Below, piece by piece: positions 63,910-64,000 of a DNA stretch of 64,000 nt. The notes beneath the pieces are model-generated. The model was not told the DNA's origin and did no database searches. It worked only from the letters and a program-made list of their open reading frames with translations. The number at the start of each line of letters is the position of its first letter. The stretch's first letter is position 1. The translations under genes were made by a program, and so were the position numbers. The DNA is from Octopus bimaculoides (Eukaryota): positions 1,404,357 through 1,468,356 of the forward strand of contig NC_069002.1 of assembly GCF_001194135.2 (NCBI RefSeq), read 5' to 3'.

Positions 63910-64000
63910 GTATACGCATACATATATGTTGGTGTGTGTGTGTGTAATGTGTACGCATGTATGTGTGCGAATATGCATACATATCTAAGTTCATTTATTC

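Overview
Eukaryotic, draft-assembly DNA that is extremely rich in simple repeats: (AT)n, (AC)n, (AG)n, (AGAT)n, (CATA)n, long degenerate triplet blocks, and about 20 N-gaps. The repeat landscape and the recurrent tRNA-derived SINEs look like Octopus (cephalopod) DNA; this is recognition from memory, not a database result. I can support no host protein-coding gene, rRNA, intact tRNA or CRISPR array. Nearly all ORFs in the supplied track are translations of microsatellites or gaps. What is supported is a set of decayed mobile elements. These are two mariner transposase 5' relics (587-800, 61019-61400), two R4/Dong-type RLE LINE 3' ends (10737-11026 minus, 51179-51732 plus), L1/Tx1-type LINE pieces (47040-48095 minus), a Penelope-like GIY-YIG relic (34500-35200 minus), at least three SINE families (about 20 copies or fragments), and several MITE-like elements. 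The observations most worth follow-up are: (i) minimal hammerhead-ribozyme-like folds, including a direct-repeat pair about 590 bp apart; (ii) a roughly 70-bp repeat array with a fixed-geometry Cys/His-like coding core and variable linkers (11234-11590); (iii) a gap-free 226-bp imperfect palindrome (23509-23734); (iv) a three-half-site nuclear-receptor element (33673-33692); (v) one SINE body carrying two alternative 3' tails, one resembling the local LINE 3' end; and (vi) two CpG-richer, promoter or first-exon-like islands (about 1500-1900 and 59930-60480). None of these is proven to be a new system; each is a testable lead.
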